A stretch of DNA of 64,000 nt from an uncultured Gammaproteobacteria bacterium (GCA_963714975.1 CAVQQD010000002.1:832001-896000), one strand, 5' to 3'. Shown: positions 30,029 to 41,188, counted from the first letter of the stretch. Made by a program: numbers and translations. The notes: a model not told the origin generated them from the sequence alone.

Positions 30029-32633
30029 TTTACGGAAATTATTTTTAGAATATTTTCAAAAACACCATCATACTATTGTGCCTAGCAGCTCCTTGGTCCC
30101 AGTAGACGATCCTACTCTATTATTTACCAATGCAGGGATGGTGCAATTTAAAAATTTCTTTCTGGGTAAGGAGCAGCCTTCCTATGTGCGAGCAGTAAGC
30201 TCGCAACGTTGTGTTCGTGCCGGTGGCAAACATAATGATCTAGAAAATGTTGGTTATACTGCGCGTCATCACACCTTCTTTGAGATGCTCGGTAACTTTA
30301 GTTTTGGTGATTATTTTAAGCGCGAAGCTATACATTTAGCATGGACCTTCCTCACTGAGGTACTACAAATTCCCACGGAAAAATTATGGGTTACGGTCTT
30401 TCGAGAAGATGATGAAGCGGCTGACATTTGGTTAAAAGAAATAAAATTAGATTCTTCACGTCTATCTCGTTGTGATGAAAAAGATAATTTTTGGTCTATG
30501 GGAGATACGGGTCCCTGTGGACCTTGTACTGAAATTTATTATGATCATGGGCCTAGCATTCCAGGCGGACCTCCAGGGAGTGAAACAGAAGGCGATCGTT
30601 ATGTGGAAATTTGGAACTTAGTTTTTATGCAATTTGACCGTGCAGCTGATGGCGCCATGACCCCATTGCCGAAGCCTTGTGTAGATACAGGTATGGGTCT
30701 GGAACGTGTTGCTGCCATTATGCAGGGAGTACATAGCAATTATGACATTGACAGCTTTCGTTATTTGATCCAGGCTGTTGCTGACCTTACAACAGAGCGA
30801 GCAATAGCTGCGACAGCCCATGCCACCTCTTTACGTGTGATTGCTGATCATATTCGTTCCTGTGCATTCCTTATCACTGATGGGATTACCCCTTCTAACG
30901 AAGGAAGAGGTTATGTATTACGGCGTATCATTCGCCGAGCTATCCGTCATGGTCATAAGTTAGGGTTAAAAGAACCTTTTTTCTTTCGCTTAGTCTCTCC
31001 TTTAGTCACTCAAATGGGCGAAGCTTATCCTGAGTTAATCAAAGCGCAGCCCATGATAGAGCGCGTACTTCAGCACGAAGAAATCCAGTTTGGGGAAACC
31101 CTAGATCAGGGGATAAAGGTGCTTGAACGTTCACTGTATAAGCTGAGAGATAAAATAATTCCGGGTGAGGTGGTTTTTTTGTTATATGACACCTATGGCT
31201 TTCCCCCTGATCTTACAGCAGATACGGCTCGTGAGTTGGGTTTAGAGATTGACTATGCTGGCTTTGAGGTCGAAATGGAAAAGCAGCGACAAAAATCGCA
31301 AGCAGCAAGTCAATTTTCCGCAGATTACCGTGCAAGATTACAGATCCCTGGGGAAACAGAATTTACGGGTTATGAGCGGCTCAGTGATGAGGGGATGGTG
31401 GTAGCCCTAGTACAAGGAGAAAAATTAATTGAGGAATTATCTCCCGGAGATCAAGGAATGGTAGTCCTTGATCGAACTCCTTTTTATGCCGAATCGGGAG
31501 GTCAGGTGGGCGATCAAGGGAGCTTTTATTTTGAAGGAGGGTGTTTCAAGGTTACTGATACTCAGAAGCAAGGCTTAGTGTTCCTGCACTTGGGTCAGCT
31601 TGAATCCGGTATTTTAAGAGTGGGCGATAAAGTCAGTGCCGAAGTAAGTGCCAGACGTCATGCCATCATGCTAAACCACTCTGCCACCCATTTATTACAT
31701 GCTGCCTTGCGGCATTTATTAGGCGAACAGGTAATACAAAAAGGCTCCTTGGTTGAAGAGAAGCGCTTACGTTTTGATTTTTCACATTTTGCGCCTTTGA
31801 CGGCTGAGGAAATCCAAGAGCTAGAGTGGCTTATCAATCAGCAGATTCGGGCAAATTTGCTATGCCATACGCAGTTTATGTCTGCAAAAGAAGCTAAAGA
31901 GACCGGAGCATTGGCTCTTTTTGGGGAAAAATATGGGGAAGAGGTCCGGGTGTTGAGTATGGGGAAATTTTCCGTCGAACTATGTGGAGGTACTCACGTT
32001 AGCAACACGGGAGAAATTGGGTTATTTAAAATTATCAATGAATCAGGTGTCGCCGCTGGAATAAGACGTATTGAAGCTGTCACAGGAACAGGTGCACTGG
32101 AATGGGTAGCTCAGCAAGAGTTCTATTTGCGGCAAGCGGCAGAGCTTTTAAAGGTTTCTAAAGAAGGAGTGGTATCTAGAATCAAGCAATTATTAGAACA
32201 AACTCGAGATCAGGAAAGGGCATTAGGTCAAGTAAAGCGAGAATTGATCCGCAGTCAATTGGAAGAACAGATTGCAACAGCACCAGTGATTGAGAACGTT
32301 ATTACTTTGGCGACCTCGGTAGATGAAGCAGATTCAGAAACATTGCGTCAATTAGTTGACCATATGAGGCAAAAGACAGCTAATATTGTCATTGTCTTAG
32401 CAAGTAGAAGTACAGCTGGAGGTAAGGTGCAGCTGGTAGCAGGTGTTACTAAATCCTTAGCGGATAAACTATCTGCTCGAGATTTGGTCAGTTTTGTTGC
32501 TGAGCAAATAGGTGGTAAAGGAGGTGGTCGTTCTGATTTAGCACAAGGTGGTGGTGACCGTATTGAAAATCTTGATAACGCATTAGCGCAAGTAACCAGC
32601 TGGGTGGCAGAGAAATTGAGGAATAAAACATGA
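30015..32633 (+). CDS. alaS: Alanine--tRNA ligase
   Basis: [36 protein letters not shown] and ELCGGTHV motifs. Confidence 0.99.
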   Translation: MKSNDLRKLFLEYFQKHHHTIVPSSSLVPVDDPTLLFTNAGMVQFKNFFLGKEQPSYVRAVSSQRCVRAGGKHNDLENVGYTARHHTFFEMLGNFSFGDYFKREAIHLAWTFLTEVLQIPTEKLWVTVFREDDEAADIWLKEIKLDSSRLSRCDEKDNFWSMGDTGPCGPCTEIYYDHGPSIPGGPPGSETEGDRYVEIWNLVFMQFDRAADGAMTPLPKPCVDTGMGLERVAAIMQGVHSNYDIDSFRYLIQAVADLTTERAIAATAHATSLRVIADHIRSCAFLITDGITPSNEGRGYVLRRIIRRAIRHGHKLGLKEPFFFRLVSPLVTQMGEAYPELIKAQPMIERVLQHEEIQFGETLDQGIKVLERSLYKLRDKIIPGEVVFLLYDTYGFPPDLTADTARELGLEIDYAGFEVEMEKQRQKSQAASQFSADYRARLQIPGETEFTGYERLSDEGMVVALVQGEKLIEELSPGDQGMVVLDRTPFYAESGGQVGDQGSFYFEGGCFKVTDTQKQGLVFLHLGQLESGILRVGDKVSAEVSARRHAIMLNHSATHLLHAALRHLLGEQVIQKGSLVEEKRLRFDFSHFAPLTAEEIQELEWLINQQIRANLLCHTQFMSAKEAKETGALALFGEKYGEEVRVLSMGKFSVELCGGTHVSNTGEIGLFKIINESGVAAGIRRIEAVTGTGALEWVAQQEFYLRQAAELLKVSKEGVVSRIKQLLEQTRDQERALGQVKRELIRSQLEEQIATAPVIENVITLATSVDEADSETLRQLVDHMRQKTANIVIVLASRSTAGGKVQLVAGVTKSLADKLSARDLVSFVAEQIGGKGGGRSDLAQGGGDRIENLDNALAQVTSWVAEKLRNKT

Positions 32634-33862
32634 CCTTAATTATTCAAAAATTTGGTGGCACCTCTGTAGGTAGCATCGAGCGCATCAACCATGTGGCTGA
32701 TAAGATTTTACATACCAAAAATCAAGGGCATCAAGTCGTTGTAGTTTCTTCCGCTATGGATGATGCTACTGATAAATTGATTGAACTAGCAACTTCAATA
32801 TGTGATCATCCTGATACTCGAGAATATGATGTTTTAGTCTCCACGGGTGAGCAGGTGGCAGTCGCTTTATTAAGCATGACCCTTATTCACAAAGGATGTC
32901 CGGCGCGTTCTTATACCGGGTTGCAAGCTAACATTAAAACCAACGCTGTGCATAAAAAAGCACGTATTACTAACATCAGCCCTGCGTCTCTTAAGGATGA
33001 CCTCGCTGCTGGAATAGTACCTGTGGTGGCTGGATTTCAGGGATATGACTTACAGGGAAATATTACCACTCTTGGGCGGGGAGGGTCTGATACAACCGCT
33101 GTGGCATTGGCCGCTGCTTTAAAAGCAGATGAATGCCAAATTTACACCGACGTAGAGGGCGTATATACTACTGATCCCCGCGTAGTGCCAGCAGCTCGAT
33201 TGCTTGACCGCATTACCTTTGAAGAAATGTTAGAAATGGCAAGTTTAGGATCTCAAGTATTACAGCTGCGCGCATTAGAGTTTGCGGGAAAATATAATGT
33301 GCCAGTGCGTGTTTTGTCGACTTTCTTACCAGGGCCAGGAACTTTGATTAGTTTTGAAGATAACAGTATGGAACAGCCATTAGTATCAGGGATTGCCTTT
33401 GATCGCGATCAAGCCAGGATTGCTGTCATTGGTATTCCAGATCACCCAGGCGTTTCTAGCCATATTTTAGAGGCTGTAAGTGCAGCGAATATTGACGTTG
33501 ATATGATCATACAGAATGTACCTGCGCATGATGCAACTATTGATTTTAGCTTCACAGTGCAACGTGATGACTATAAAATGGCTTACGCTATTATGGAAAA
33601 ATTAGTCAAGGAGTCAGGTGCTAAAGGGCTTTTGGGTAATGCTAAAGTTGCAAAGCTGTCATTAATAGGAGTAGGAATGCGTTCTCATGCGGGGGTCGCC
33701 ACAACGATGTTTAAGACCTTAGCTCGGGAAAATATTAATATCCAAATGGTTTCTACTTCGGAGATTAAGATATCGGTCATTATTGATGAAAAATATCTTG
33801 AGTTAGGAGCTCGTAGTCTTCATACTGTCTTTGAGTTAGATGTAGAGCCTGTAGAAGAGTAG
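32630..33862 (+). CDS. lysC: Aspartate kinase
   Basis: [20 protein letters not shown] and two ACT domains. Confidence 0.97.
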   Translation: MTLIIQKFGGTSVGSIERINHVADKILHTKNQGHQVVVVSSAMDDATDKLIELATSICDHPDTREYDVLVSTGEQVAVALLSMTLIHKGCPARSYTGLQANIKTNAVHKKARITNISPASLKDDLAAGIVPVVAGFQGYDLQGNITTLGRGGSDTTAVALAAALKADECQIYTDVEGVYTTDPRVVPAARLLDRITFEEMLEMASLGSQVLQLRALEFAGKYNVPVRVLSTFLPGPGTLISFEDNSMEQPLVSGIAFDRDQARIAVIGIPDHPGVSSHILEAVSAANIDVDMIIQNVPAHDATIDFSFTVQRDDYKMAYAIMEKLVKESGAKGLLGNAKVAKLSLIGVGMRSHAGVATTMFKTLARENINIQMVSTSEIKISVIIDEKYLELGARSLHTVFELDVEPVEE

Positions 33863-34246
33863 TCTTACTTACTTATTAGTTTTTTTAAAAATTTGTGTAA
33901 GTAATTGTTTCTTTTTTCAGGTGGATTGAGTTATAGTTTTTAGTTTCTTATCTAACTTAAAGATAAGGCGCAGTAAAAGTAGAAATAAAAGTATAAAAAT
34001 AGGGTGAAGGATTGTAGGTTCTGTTTTTCCGCAAGGATTTGCCAAGATTCATCTTCTTTTAGGAAATTTACCTAAGTTGACTGAGTAGAACCTGAAAAAT
34101 GGATAGTTTTGCTACTTTATGGCAAACTTGTTCGTTTTTGCCATAAGTATGGATATTGATAGCTCCGCTGTGGGGCTATTTTTAAGATTATAATAGCTAT
34201 GAAGGAAGAAGTTTATTAAAAGGATTATATTAAAAGGAGAATCATA

Positions 34247-34444
34247 ATGTTAATCTTGACCAGACGTATTGGAGAATCTGTGATAATTGGTGATGATATC
34301 ACTATTACAGTGCTCGGGGTTAAAGGCAATCAAGTTCGCTTAGGTGTCAATGCACCCAAAGAAATTTCTGTACACCGTGAGGAAATTTACAAGCGTATTA
34401 AGCAAGAACAATCTGGCGATATAAAAGAAGAGCCAGAAGAATAA
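34247..34444 (+). CDS. csrA: Carbon storage regulator CsrA
   Basis: [11 protein letters not shown]...GNQVRLG..APKE..VHREEIY. Confidence 0.98.
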   Translation: MLILTRRIGESVIIGDDITITVLGVKGNQVRLGVNAPKEISVHREEIYKRIKQEQSGDIKEEPEE

Positions 34445-34477
34445 TTCTATATGGCTCGGCCCAGAGAAGTTTTCGCT

Positions 34478-34570
34478 GGAGAGATGGCCGAGAGGCTGAA
34501 GGCGCTCCCCTGCTAAGGGAGTATGGGGTCAAAAACTCCATCGAGGGTTCGAATCCCTCTCTCTCCGCCA
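34478..34570 (+). tRNA. tRNA-Ser (GCT)
   Basis: Long variable arm, anticodon GCT, CCA end. Confidence 0.96.
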
Positions 34571-34581
34571 GTATCTCATAT

Positions 34582-34658
34582 GCGCCCGTAGCTCAGTTGG
34601 ATAGAGTACCTGGCTACGAACCAGGGGGTCGGGAGTTCGAATCTCTCCGGGCGCGCCA
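34582..34658 (+). tRNA. tRNA-Arg (ACG)
   Basis: 77-nt cloverleaf, anticodon ACG, CCA end. Confidence 0.97.
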
Positions 34659-34721
34659 ATCATTTTTCACCTATAATTAAATAGGAGAGTTAGGTGATTG
34701 AAGATTGAGAGGAGAACGACA

Positions 34722-35180
34722 ATGTTAACCCCGAGATTACAAAAATTTCTTGATGAAAACCATACAAACTATCGTTCAATTCCTCATACTCCAGCGTATA
34801 CTGCGCAGGAAATCGCAGCTATTTCACATATACCCGGTAAGGAATTTGCAAAGACCGTCATTATTAAAATTGATGGAAAGTTAGCTATGTTTGTTATGCC
34901 TGCCAACTTTAAGCTTAATTTAAAAGCGTTGGAAAAATGGTTAGGCGCTAAAAAATTAGAGCTAGCTGCAGAATCCGAATTTCAAGATTGGTTTCCAGAA
35001 TGTGAGATGGGAGCGATGCCGCCTTTTGGCAATTTATATAATATGGACGTATACGTTGAAGACCTCTTGGCAGAGGATGAGAAGATAGTTTTTAATGCTG
35101 GTAGCCATGACGATCTTGTTGAGCTATCTTTTAAAGATTTTGAAAGACTTGCTAGGCCTCAAAGGGTACACTTACATTAA
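34722..35180 (+). CDS. YbaK/ProXp family aminoacyl-tRNA deacylase
   Basis: AKTV, LA.E.E....FP.CE.GAMPPFG and FNAGSH motifs. Confidence 0.88.
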   Translation: MLTPRLQKFLDENHTNYRSIPHTPAYTAQEIAAISHIPGKEFAKTVIIKIDGKLAMFVMPANFKLNLKALEKWLGAKKLELAAESEFQDWFPECEMGAMPPFGNLYNMDVYVEDLLAEDEKIVFNAGSHDDLVELSFKDFERLARPQRVHLH

Positions 35181-35195
35181 AAAGGAGGATAAAGT

Positions 35196-35747
35196 ATGCC
35201 ACTTCCCTTAGAAGTGACTCTGCGCGGTATTGAAAATTCAGAAGCGATAGAAGCTAAAATTCGGAAAAAAGTAGATAAATTAGCCTTATTTTATCGCCGC
35301 ATTGAGTTTTGTGAGATAGTAGTAGAACTTGAGCAAAATCATAAACACCAGGGGAAATTATTTGGTGTTAATCTAGAAGTAGGCGTTCCAGGTAAGCGAT
35401 TAGTAGTCAACCATCAGCGAAATGAAGATCTTCATGTGGCTATTCGCGACGCATTTGCTGCTATGAGAAGGAAAGTAAAGGCTTACGCAGAACGCCAGAG
35501 AGGTTTTGTTAAAGCTCATATGGAGCCATTGGTGGGTAAGGTTATACGTATCTTTGAAGACTATGGCTTTATTGAAGCAGTAGATGGTAGAGAATTTTAC
35601 TTTAATGCGATGAATGTCCTACATCCGAATTTTGTAGATTTAGAGGTAGGGGCTACAGTAACCTTTATAGATTCTGGAATGGGTGATAGCGATAGTTTAC
35701 AGGCAAGTCATGTATCGACTCACCAGGAAGAGGAACAGTACGAGTAA
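35196..35747 (+). CDS. HPF/RaiA ribosome hibernation factor fused to a cold-shock domain
   Basis: N-domain S.AIEA.IR.K..KL...EDL.VAIRDAF. C-domain GKV.RIF..YGFI...DGRE.YF...V. Confidence 0.85.
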   Translation: MPLPLEVTLRGIENSEAIEAKIRKKVDKLALFYRRIEFCEIVVELEQNHKHQGKLFGVNLEVGVPGKRLVVNHQRNEDLHVAIRDAFAAMRRKVKAYAERQRGFVKAHMEPLVGKVIRIFEDYGFIEAVDGREFYFNAMNVLHPNFVDLEVGATVTFIDSGMGDSDSLQASHVSTHQEEEQYE

Positions 35748-35756
35748 TTTTTGGTA

Positions 35757-35790
35757 TTCGGGCATGACACCTGCGCTCGGGATGGACACC
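35757..35790. repeat. Degenerate family A end remnants (2 copies)
   Basis: ttcgggcatgacacc-tgcg-ctcgggatggacacc resembles gctcgggatgacaac. Confidence 0.45.
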
Positions 35791-35814
35791 TAGGGAGTTA
35801 TTTTTATTTTAAAA

Positions 35815-36864
35815 TTATCCGGCAAAGATGAGTTGTTGCTGAGATGCCAGAAGGGCGTAATAATTTAAAGTTTTTTCTAGCGCAATAACTAAATTTGTTT
35901 TAGGTTGCCAATTTAAGTACTGTTTGGCATTTGCAATGGATGGAACTCTAGCTGAAATATCTTGATAGCTGGATCCATAATATTCGTCTCCTGTGACATT
36001 ACGCAGCTGAATATTATTGGCGTTGTCAGTGAATTCTGGATAATTTTTTGCCAAATTAATCAATGTTTCTGCAAGTTCTCTAATTGAAAAGTCATTAGCA
36101 GGGTTGCCAATATTAAAAATACGATTTTCTGCACAGTGATTTTTGTTTTCAATGATTTTTAGTAAACATTCAATGCCATCGTCTAAATAAGTAAAGCTGC
36201 GGCGCTGCGAACCCCCATTAACCAGCTGAATATCTTCACCGTGGATGATATTGCTAATAAATTGAGTCACAACTCTTGAGCTTCCTTCTTTTAAGGAAAA
36301 CACATTATCCTGCTTAGGACCTATCCAATTAAATGGACGAAAAATAGTGAAAGATAGGTTACGATGCTTTCCATAGGCATAGATAATGCGGTCAAGTAAC
36401 TGTTTTGAGCAAGAATAAATCCAACGTTCTTTTTGGATTGGACCTAAAACAAGCGTGGAGGTTTCTTCATTAAATTCTTCTTCTTCGCACATGCCATATA
36501 CTTCGGATGTAGAAGGAAATAAGACACGAGTTTGATATTTAACGCATTGGCGAATAATTTGTAAATTAGCTTCAAAGTCTAATTCAAAGACGCGTAGGGG
36601 ATCCTGTACATAGATTGCAGGGGTAGCAATGGCGACTAACGGCAAAGCTACATCACATTTTTTGATGTGATACTCGATCCATTCTTTGTTAATGGAGATA
36701 TCTCCTTCTAAGAAGTGAAAACGCTTATTGGCTAAGCTATGTTCTAACTTATCGCATCCCATATCCATCCCGAAAATTTCCCAGTCAGTGTATTTCAAGA
36801 TAGCTTCAGTAAGACCGTTACCAATAAAACCGTTTACTCCTAAAATTAAGATTTTAAGACTCAT
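35815..36864 (-). CDS. arnA: Stand-alone ArnA C-terminal domain (UDP-glucuronate oxidase/decarboxylase)
   Basis: ILGVNGFIG, PLVAIATP..Y..DPLRVFELDFE.N, PSTSEVYG, RWIYSCSKQL and RPFNWIGP motifs. No formyltransferase domain. Confidence 0.88.
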   Translation of the reverse strand: MSLKILILGVNGFIGNGLTEAILKYTDWEIFGMDMGCDKLEHSLANKRFHFLEGDISINKEWIEYHIKKCDVALPLVAIATPAIYVQDPLRVFELDFEANLQIIRQCVKYQTRVLFPSTSEVYGMCEEEEFNEETSTLVLGPIQKERWIYSCSKQLLDRIIYAYGKHRNLSFTIFRPFNWIGPKQDNVFSLKEGSSRVVTQFISNIIHGEDIQLVNGGSQRRSFTYLDDGIECLLKIIENKNHCAENRIFNIGNPANDFSIRELAETLINLAKNYPEFTDNANNIQLRNVTGDEYYGSSYQDISARVPSIANAKQYLNWQPKTNLVIALEKTLNYYALLASQQQLIFAG

Positions 36865-37810
36865 GGGGAGGCTCCTGGATATCGACTAAGCGTCGGATAA
36901 CAAATCTTGGACGTTGCCGTACTTCCTGATAAATACGGCCAATATATTCACCTAGAATGCCCAATCCTAAGAGACATAGCCCAATCAGGAAAAATGCAAT
37001 CGCAAATAAAGTAAATACTCCCTGGGCTTCAGGACCCACTATGAGTCGTCGCAAGACGAGATAAGCAACCAAGAGGCCACTCAAGCAAGAAACCAAGATA
37101 CCAATTAAAGTAAACAACTGCAGGGGAACAAGGGAAAAATTGGTAACTAAATCAAAATTATAGCGTATCAAGCGATAAAGATTATATTTGGACTTCCCTA
37201 ATTGGCGTGCTTCATGAGACACCGGGATATCACATGATTTACTTGCATAGCTAAGTGCTAATGCTGGAATAAATGTGTTTGACTCCTTACTGGATACCAT
37301 AAGGTCTACGATATGTCGGCGATAAGCTCGTAACATGCACCCTTGATCTTTCATGTTAAAATTAGGCATGATCTTCGCGCGGATTTTATTATGTAATTTA
37401 GAAAAAAAACGACGCCACCATAAGTCTCGTCGATTTTCTCGATAACCACCTACAACATCAAAGCCTTGTTCAATCATGGCTATGAAACGTGGGATATCTT
37501 CGGGTAAGTTTTGCAGGTCAGCATCCATGGTTACCACAATCTCTCCACGTACGTATTCAAATCCAGCCATAATGGCAAGATGTTGCCCATAGTTGGTATT
37601 GAAATGAATCGCACGAATGACATCAGGGCGCTTATTACGCAGCTCATCTAAAATGTTCTCAGATAAATCCGTGCTACCATCATTGGTGAAAATAATTTCA
37701 TAAGGTTTATTCATTTCATCCAGGGTCGAAGTCAATCGGTTATAGAGATTTTCTAAACTTTCTTGCTCATTATAAACCGGGATTACAATACTAATATAAG
37801 GTTTGGTCAT
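36854..37810 (-). CDS. arnC: ArnC-like undecaprenyl-phosphate glycosyltransferase (GT2)
   Basis: IPVYNE, NYGQH.AI.AGF, DADLQN.PE and GILGEYIGRIY.EV..RPRF motifs. Confidence 0.88.
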   Translation of the reverse strand: MTKPYISIVIPVYNEQESLENLYNRLTSTLDEMNKPYEIIFTNDGSTDLSENILDELRNKRPDVIRAIHFNTNYGQHLAIMAGFEYVRGEIVVTMDADLQNLPEDIPRFIAMIEQGFDVVGGYRENRRDLWWRRFFSKLHNKIRAKIMPNFNMKDQGCMLRAYRRHIVDLMVSSKESNTFIPALALSYASKSCDIPVSHEARQLGKSKYNLYRLIRYNFDLVTNFSLVPLQLFTLIGILVSCLSGLLVAYLVLRRLIVGPEAQGVFTLFAIAFFLIGLCLLGLGILGEYIGRIYQEVRQRPRFVIRRLVDIQEPPHES

Positions 37811-37819
37811 AGGGGCCTC

Positions 37820-38191
37820 TCAACTGCGTGCGACTAAATAAACTCCAAGCAAAATGATCAAGATTCCTGACATACGAGTGACAGTGAGTTGTTCATTAAA
37901 AAAATAATAAGCTGCAATCGCATTGACAATATAACCTAAACTAACCATTGGGTAAGCAATGGTGACATCAACACGAGACAAAACTCCTATCCATACAACA
38001 ACACTAATAGCGTAAAACAGTATCCCTAAAATAATAAAATGATTTCCTACAAGCTGCATTCCTATTGAGATCAGATTTTCCCAACTAAAGGATAGGTGAC
38101 TGATTTTTTGCGCCCCAGCCTTTAATAATAACTGGGCACTAGCATTTAAGAGAACTCCCAACAATATCCAAGGAAGGAAAATTAAGTTCAT
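37820..38191 (-). CDS. ArnE/ArnF-like SMR/EamA flippase
   Basis: AQLLLK.G, LSRV.V..AYP..SLGY and F.E.....R..GI..I..GV motifs. Confidence 0.82.
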   Translation of the reverse strand: MNLIFLPWILLGVLLNASAQLLLKAGAQKISHLSFSWENLISIGMQLVGNHFIILGILFYAISVVVWIGVLSRVDVTIAYPMVSLGYIVNAIAAYYFFNEQLTVTRMSGILIILLGVYLVARS

Positions 38192-39865
38192 AGAGGTCTA
38201 TTTGTAAGTAAAATGTTTTTGGACGTTTGCATTATGGGATATAGTTGTGAGTAAACATCCTTATTAATTAGATAATCTTTTAAGGTCATTATCATAAACA
38301 TCTGTGGAGAATTTTGCCAGTGTTTCCAAAAACTTGCTTCATCGAGTATCCAGGTACGAGTATCCTGATGTCGCATACCAAACGCCAATTCCCCGTGATA
38401 ACCCACCACTGTTACCGTCCGTCCCAAATAAAAAGGTAGATCTTTGGTAGTATTGATGATAAGCAGCTACCTCCGTATCAGGTTGTAATAGGGGTCTCAG
38501 AGTTAAGGCCAAGGGTTTAATAGATCTGCCGTCGATCGTTGGGTAACTGAAATTTAAAGAAACAAAAAATAAACTCATTCCTATGAATAATGTCAGAAAA
38601 CCAACTCTGAATCCCTTAATTTGATAAATAACTACGGCGAGTAGCGAGCTAATAGCCAGAAGAATGAGGGACAAATACCAATAAATTTGCTGAAAGTTAG
38701 CTACTGTAACGGGATGGACAGCAATTAAGCCCGCAAGACTAAGACCGACTCCTAAAAAACCAACACTGAGAAATCCAATATTTAAAGGCATTCTCGCTGC
38801 AGGAATTCCTTCCCAGTATGGGGTGAAATAAACAGCTAATAGAATAGCTAAAGGGGGGAGGGCAGGCAGTGCATACGAAATAAGGAGAGAACGCGATAGC
38901 GTAAAAAATACCAATAACACCAGCACCCAAATCACAAAAAACGCTGTAACCTCATATTGATGGCGTTTTTGCCAAAAAAACTGAGGTCTAAAAGAAAAGA
39001 GCTGTTTAAAAGGGAAAGAGGTTAATAAAAAAACAACCCAAGGGAAGAACCCAGCAGCGACCGTAGCAGGGAAAAACCAAATTGCCTGCCTGCGTTGAGC
39101 ATAATCCGTGAGATAACGTAATAAATGCTGGTCAAAAAAATAGAATTTAAAAAATTCTGGATTTCTGACTTGAATTGCTAAATGCCAAGGTAAAGTAATA
39201 ACTACAAATAATAGAAAACCCGAAGGAAGGCAGTAATATTTAAGTTCACGCCATTTGTTGAACACGCCTATCCAGACCAAAATAATTAATCCCGGAAAAA
39301 CAACCCCGATCAGTCCTTTGGCTAGAGTGGCTAAAGCAGCGAATCCATACATAGTCCAAAAATAATAGACCCTAGAAGGCTGCTTTAAGTTACAAGCTCC
39401 CAGAATAAAGGCTAGCAGGGAAATACTCAGGCAAACAGTTAATGTGAGATCAGGGCTCACAAAATGAGATAAAGTCACATATAAAGCGCTGCTAGCCAGT
39501 ATTAAGCCAGCTAATAAACCGCAATTACGGCTATAAAGTTTGCGTGCTGCTGTATACACAGCAAGGCATCCGATAAGCCCAATTAGCACTGGAAAAAAAC
39601 GTAAACACCACTCCTCAGTTCCAAAAAATTGGATAGCCGATCGTTCAATCCAATAGAAGAGCGGAGGTTTTTCGAAATATTTGATGCCATTTAAATGGGG
39701 GGTAAGGAAGTTACCCATCGTGGCCATTTCTCGAGCTATTTCGGCATAACGTCCTTCATCCGGGACCATTAATGGCCTGCTTCCTAAGAAAATAGCGTAA
39801 ATAATGCCAAGGGTAAGCGTTAAAAGTAAAATATCATTTAGCCAAGACCGTTTAGAGGATGTCAT
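38188..39865 (-). CDS. arnT: ArnT-like GT83/GT39 lipid-carrier glycosyltransferase (one +1 frameshift at ~38444)
   Basis: PDEGRYAEIAREM, YFEKPPL.YW and L.KG.IG motifs. Removing one A from CAAAGAT restores YYQDLPFYLGRTV and joins ORF 38188-38427. Confidence 0.87.
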
Positions 39866-40587
39866 AATCTGTATAACTCAATTTTATCTACTCGACCTTC
39901 TACGGCAACTGCGCCAATATAATCTTCGCTAGGTTGTAAATCCTCTAATGTCCACTTAGTGGCCTTAAGTGTATCGGCATGAATTGACTTTAGTTTAGCA
40001 AAATTTTTGTCCAAATTCACCTCAAAATCGTGTAATGGAAAAGAAAGTCCTTCTCCAATTGCTTTTATAAAGGCCTCTTTGCGTGTCCATATCCTAAAAA
40101 ATGCGGTTATTTGCTGTTCTGGTGGTTGAGATTGCAAGGCTATAGTCTCATTGGGGGCAAAAAACCGCTCGGCTAAAGATAAGGCTTCAATGTCATTGCG
40201 AATCCATTCAATGTCGACTCCAACTGGGTTAATTTTGGTAAAAGCATATAAGGCAAAGAGGTTGGTATCCGACTGATTAAAATAGAGTGGCTCCGACCGG
40301 AATATTTTTGACACTAATTCTGGTTTTCCATGGCTTCCATAGCTGAAAACAACAGTTTTTGGGGAACAGCCTAAGTATTTCGATAATAAAATGCGCAAAG
40401 TACCTTTGGCTGCAATGAATCGCTGTTGCAACTGAGGAAACTTAAAACGGGCAGCTCGATTAAATTCTGCTTCTGAAAGCAAGGTTTGTAAGTAATTCAC
40501 CTGCTCCGGAGAAATTTCCAAATTAGCACGCCAAATATGTATTTCATGCGCTTCTAATTTGAAGTTCTCCGGTGCTGGCTTCCACAT
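39862..40587 (-). CDS. Sfp-type 4'-phosphopantetheinyl transferase
   Basis: GKP.L, FN.S, VGVDIE and FF.IWTRKEAFIKAIGEGL motifs. Confidence 0.92.
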   Translation of the reverse strand: MWKPAPENFKLEAHEIHIWRANLEISPEQVNYLQTLLSEAEFNRAARFKFPQLQQRFIAAKGTLRILLSKYLGCSPKTVVFSYGSHGKPELVSKIFRSEPLYFNQSDTNLFALYAFTKINPVGVDIEWIRNDIEALSLAERFFAPNETIALQSQPPEQQITAFFRIWTRKEAFIKAIGEGLSFPLHDFEVNLDKNFAKLKSIHADTLKATKWTLEDLQPSEDYIGAVAVEGRVDKIELYRL

Positions 40588-40602
40588 CTGTCAGGCTAAT
40601 TT

Positions 40603-41046
40603 CTAGTAGCGATGACCATAGTATTCACATCCGCAGATAGACATTTGCCCTGGTATGGTGGTTCTCCATTGGCCTGTCCATTTAGCTTGGTAACGCCCAC
40701 AGACGTGAGGACATTTGTGTTCCGCAACCCGTTGATTCCAAATTGGACCTGCTTGGACATCGAAAACTCTTTTGTGATGAGGGCGATGGGGAGGAGGGTA
40801 ATTAGCCTGGGTACACTGGAGATTACCGTTAATATTTTCTACGGAATTACACTCGTAGGGTGCTCTGAGTGAGGTATTGCGAGGAACGCCATTACGATCT
40901 TTGCAAGCACAGCTTAAAACGTTATGTTTCATATAACAGTCGTTGCAGGTTTGTAAATAACTCCCATTAGGCAAAGGCTTAGCTTCTGCCACGATGGAAA
41001 AAAACAAACAGGCAAACACACTGAATATTAGTAAGACTTTTTTCAT
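40603..41046 (-). CDS. Secreted lectin: CVNH-like domain plus MVL-type mannan-binding domain
   Basis: Signal peptide, LP.GSY.QTC..C....L.C.C...N.NG.L.C, Pro/His linker, then DVQAGPIWNQ..A..KCP.VC......WTGQWRTT.PG.MS.C. Confidence 0.78.
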   Translation of the reverse strand: MKKVLLIFSVFACLFFSIVAEAKPLPNGSYLQTCNDCYMKHNVLSCACKDRNGVPRNTSLRAPYECNSVENINGNLQCTQANYPPPHRPHHKRVFDVQAGPIWNQRVAEHKCPHVCGRYQAKWTGQWRTTIPGQMSICGCEYYGHRY

Positions 41047-41086
41047 GATTTTACACTCCTTATGGTTTGAGGGATAAACACAGTAA

Positions 41087-41115
41087 ATTATCTCCTGTGG
41101 GAGAGCAAGCGTCAA
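41087..41115 (-). promoter_or_regulatory. Sigma70-type promoter for the lectin-sfp-arn operon
   Basis: TTGACG-17 nt-GATAAT on the minus strand, about 40 nt upstream of the lectin ATG. Confidence 0.5.
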
Positions 41116-41188
41116 GGTTAAGCAATTTTTTTATAATATGCTATAGTGAAATTGGTATATTTTTTAATCTAACAGGGAGTTTATTCTT

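Noticed and set aside
38188-38427. Separate 79-aa gene
   Set aside because: It is the ArnT C-terminus displaced by a one-base insertion in an A-run.
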